NCBI GenBank assembly: GCA_910592345.1
Contig: CAJVPI010000100.1
Location: 1 to 54,212, forward strand
From: Paraglomus brasilianum
Taxonomy: Eukaryota
Reading direction: 5' to 3'
Length of the DNA stretch: 54,212 nt
The position numbers were made by a program, and so were the translations under genes. This document shows positions 50,921 to 54,212 of the stretch, piece by piece (position 1 is the first letter of the stretch; the number at the start of each line of letters is the position of its first letter). The notes under the pieces were generated by a model that searched no databases, was not told the DNA's origin, and saw only the letters and a program-made list of their open reading frames with translations.

Positions 50921-52478
50921 TCAACCTGAATCACCACCTAAAAGTGTCAAGATGGCAATAAAAAGATTTACTATATCCAAATACAAGTCAATTGTACCCA
51001 AGATGTATTCTAATCAATTATAACAGTGGTTAATCAGTTTTAATAATGATTGTACTTGTTACTTTCATAAACAAATAACTCTTATACTGACCTTCTGGAC
51101 TCAGTCTGTTGAATATCTCATACGTGTCATAAATTATATAGCCACAAAATAGCAGGGCTGAGAATCCGGCAATGGCAATATCAAATCCTCTATTAAATGG
51201 AAATAACCAGCCAACAATGCCAGCGAGTATTACCACCCAAAGGCCGGCATACAAATATGGGCCCCATGAAGAAAAGTCGATCTTTGACTGAAGCGTGAAT
51301 AACACAAGAGCAGCAAAGACACCGAGTGTGATTAAGAATGCTTGCAACACAACTTTTCCACTGTACACGGACACTGTATAATATTAAAAAAAAAAAAAAT
51401 AAGAAAGTCGCATCCTGGGTGGGATATAAAGATATGTACTACTCACCTATTGTTCCTACTCCATACGATAGTGCTAGCGTGAATAGAGCCAACAAAATGA
51501 TATTCAATGGGAAGCTCTTTCTCTTCCAAATCAAAAATAGGAGCACGATCAAAGAAAGTGCCCAAGATACATAGAATATCCATAAACTATTAATTTTTGG
51601 AGTAAAATTTTCATAGGTTACAAACGACCAAATCAATGTTATCATGTTATCCCATTTTGATACTCAACTGGGTTTTCACAAAATTATGGACTACTGTGTG
51701 ATTCATAAACCATAGAGATATTCCAACTGTCACAGCCAATTGTGCAGCAAGGAGAAAGTATACCTTTCGTACAAAAGCTGACAAAGCAATCATATTCAGT
51801 ACGAACGTAAGTACAAACCAATAACTATAACAAAATTCTCGGGGTAATATCCAGGTCAAAATGTTCGTGCCAATTTCCGGGTAATATCTGTTGTTCTTCC
51901 CAAAATACTTTCATAAACTCACCCATACGGATCTGGCTGTCCGTCTGCAAACTATGAAGTCCCCTGTAAACGATCCCCTCATCTCCAATGTCAATAACAG
52001 TGTCATCTGGCGGATCACTTGGTCTGACTTTTGTCGTGCTTCCAACAATTGCAGGCTTTCTTACGGTCTCTGTTCCACTGCCGCTTCCACTTCCACTTTC
52101 TATGCCACCGTACACTGGAGGCGGTGGCCATTTTTCATACTGCAAATCTGTTACAGAATTTCCGATTCCAGAGCTTTGCGTATCAGCTCGAAATGTGTCC
52201 ATGTGGTAAGCAGAATTGGGTTGCTCGTGTGAAGATGGCGGATAAGGTTGTGGGAATGATGGGTTGGCATCGTCAGTTTCGGCATTTTCCCGATCTACGT
52301 TACTATGTCTCCAAGACGACGCCAGTTGTCTATTGACAGGCTCGGCATTCACAAAAGGATATGTTATAAAGGCCGACGACCATCGTTCATTGTTATTATC
52401 GTTGTCTCCTTTATTCTCATGGTCAGAATTGTGCACTGTTGACCCTTCAGAATCGTTATGTGTTGAACTTTGGCTCAT
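50921..52478 (-). CDS. BXI1: Bax inhibitor-1 / Lifeguard (TMBIM, Bxi1-like) membrane protein, about 391 aa. Exons 52478-51923, 51777-51669, 51586-51447, 51373-51092, 51009-50921.
   Basis: IRMAFVRKVY..L..QL, PLNIILLALFTL, VLQAFLIT, FTLQSKIDF, LFCGYIIYDT, SPEEYI...LYLDIVNLF. Intron phases are consistent and the exons total 1176 nt. Confidence 0.9.
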
Positions 52479-52605
52479 TTATAAAGATACTCGTAAGAGC
52501 AATTTTCCCAGCATAACGCTGCTGTTTGGAACTTTTCAGACTTGTCTTCGGGCCGTTATTACGAGGTAATGTTACACACAATGAACTCCTTCGGGGCGCA
52601 CTCGT

Positions 52606-53809
52606 TGTATATAATCTGCGTCACCATATAATTCCCGGAATTATATATATAATCGACGGCACGCAGATTATAATCTGAAATCACCCAAAACGTGAATTAT
52701 ATATAATTTGCGGCAAGACGATTTACCCAGAATTGCATTAGACAAACGCTTTATTATCCAAACTGACTAGTTACATATCTCTCAATCATACTAACACACA
52801 TTATCGTTTATATGCTTAAGAATTTCGACATTTCTGTTGAGCTTCGTCGACTATCAACGCACGCACCACCTGATCTGTCCACCGGACGATGCTTTGTGTT
52901 CTTGCAGCCTCCCTTAATGGTACTTCCTTGCGTTGTTTCAATAATTTTGCAAGGACGGTCCACAAATGTCAGTCAATACGTGGAATTGAGAGGACCACAG
53001 ATCCAACTTCAAAGTATTTATCGCTCGATTTACTCTTGAGGAGCCGGTCTCGAATTTTCTTTCGCATTTTTTCGGTGTTTCGTATTGCTATTTGTCTTAA
53101 CTCCCTGTGCCGAGTTGGTAAGCTTGCCTCATCTGCTACTTCAGTGTCCTCATCGAAGAGATCATCCACATTCATAACTATCAGATGTACAAAAATTGGT
53201 AGTGTGTTATTCGAATTATTCTATCACTTATGCATACTAACAAAAAAGTAGCAAATAAAACTTTTAGGGTTCGGAAGCCAATGTTGGTTTGTGCTTTGAA
53301 TAATTTAAGTCCATCGTTATTAATATTAATAGGGTTAAAATAATTAAGCATAATAATAATTTATTATAAAAGTGTCGTTGCATGATTATACCGGATTCTT
53401 TCCTTCCATGAGTTTATAAAACGCATGCATTGTCTTAACGCGTTTCTAACTTCTAATATTAACGCCCTGAGGAAATCCTTCTTGTGGTCCGAAATAGGCT
53501 CCTTAATTCATTCCATGGAACTACGTACGTGCTGCGAGTGAAAAATTCCGCTTCTGAAAGTTTGCCTTTGAATTTACAAGCTGGCCCGGGTTTCAGCTGA
53601 TGTCCAGATTTTTGCTGATTCTAATGGACTATTCTCAAAAAGACGTATTTCGATTAATGCATCAAGAATATACTTTCTTGGTACATCTGGCGGTTCTATC
53701 TGTTCTCTGAAGATATTATTCATGAGTTGTTGAAATTCAGTCCACGTATATCTATTGTATATATAATCTGCATCACTATATAATTCCCGGAATTATATGG
53801 GTGTATACA
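52606..53809 (-). mobile_element. Decayed element bounded by about 43-bp palindromic direct repeats, with a disrupted ORF resembling the C-terminus of integrase-type (KRBA2/Ginger-like) transposases
   Basis: TGTATATAATCTGC.TCAC.ATATAATTCCCGGAATTATAT occurs at 52606-52646 and about 53756-53798. Relic peptide FEVGSVVLSIPRID...PCKIIE...VPLREAARTQS. The family assignment is from recall only. Confidence 0.5.
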
Positions 53810-53938
53810 ACAAATACAAAGCCATTTTATACATTGGCCTTTACAATCACCTAACGAAAGTCTTTCTCGCCCAATCATATGATTATCCAATCAGATTAAA
53901 GGTTCTCTATGCTTGCATTAGTACAAAAAGGAACAATT

Positions 53939-54010
53939 TAGCAGCGGAAGGTTTCGATCCTTCGACCTCGGGGTTATGAGCCCCGCGCGCTTCCCCTGCG
54001 CTACGCTGCT
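53939..54010 (-). tRNA. Initiator tRNA-Met (CAT)
   Basis: AGCAGCGTAGCGCAGGGGAAGCGCGCGGGGCTCATAACCCCGAGGTCGAAGGATCGAAACCTTCCGCTGCTA: 72 nt, A1:U72 pair, consecutive G:C pairs in the anticodon stem and GAUCGAAA T-loop, all eukaryotic initiator hallmarks. Confidence 0.97.
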
Positions 54011-54212
54011 TCAACCTTAGACTTTGATTCCAAAAAAAAGTAGAACTATTTACAATTGCTGATTTGGCATGAGAATTTAATAATTAACAAGAGGCAAAAG
54101 AAAACAAGCACAAGACATCTCCGAACAAGGCACGTCAATAAACGAAAACATCAGACTTTGCCTCAACAAAACTTAACATAAAACCGTTTATCCCATAGAA
54201 ATCTACACACAT

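Overview
This is an AT-rich, gene-sparse eukaryotic window. The short spliceosomal introns and gene content point to a fungus, probably an early-diverging Mucoromycota/Glomeromycotina-like lineage (inference). Five protein genes can be assembled by hand: a Max/Mlx/Ino4-like bHLH factor, a Cdc15/Cdc7/SepH-type kinase, an F-box/LRR protein, BUD31 and a Bxi1/Lifeguard (TMBIM) membrane protein. There is also an initiator tRNA-Met. Intergenic DNA holds decayed Tc1/mariner elements (one internally inverted, one with a nested MITE), several MITEs, a palindrome-flanked relic and microsatellites. The strongest novel signal is in the kinase. It ends in TGA-CTAG, the canonical stop-codon readthrough context, and the same frame stays open for 259 more codons. 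This predicts a readthrough isoform with a 260-aa Ser/Thr/Pro-rich tail carrying HxRxxS/RxxS motifs and a basic C-terminus. All gene models were read by eye; no alignments or database searches were run.
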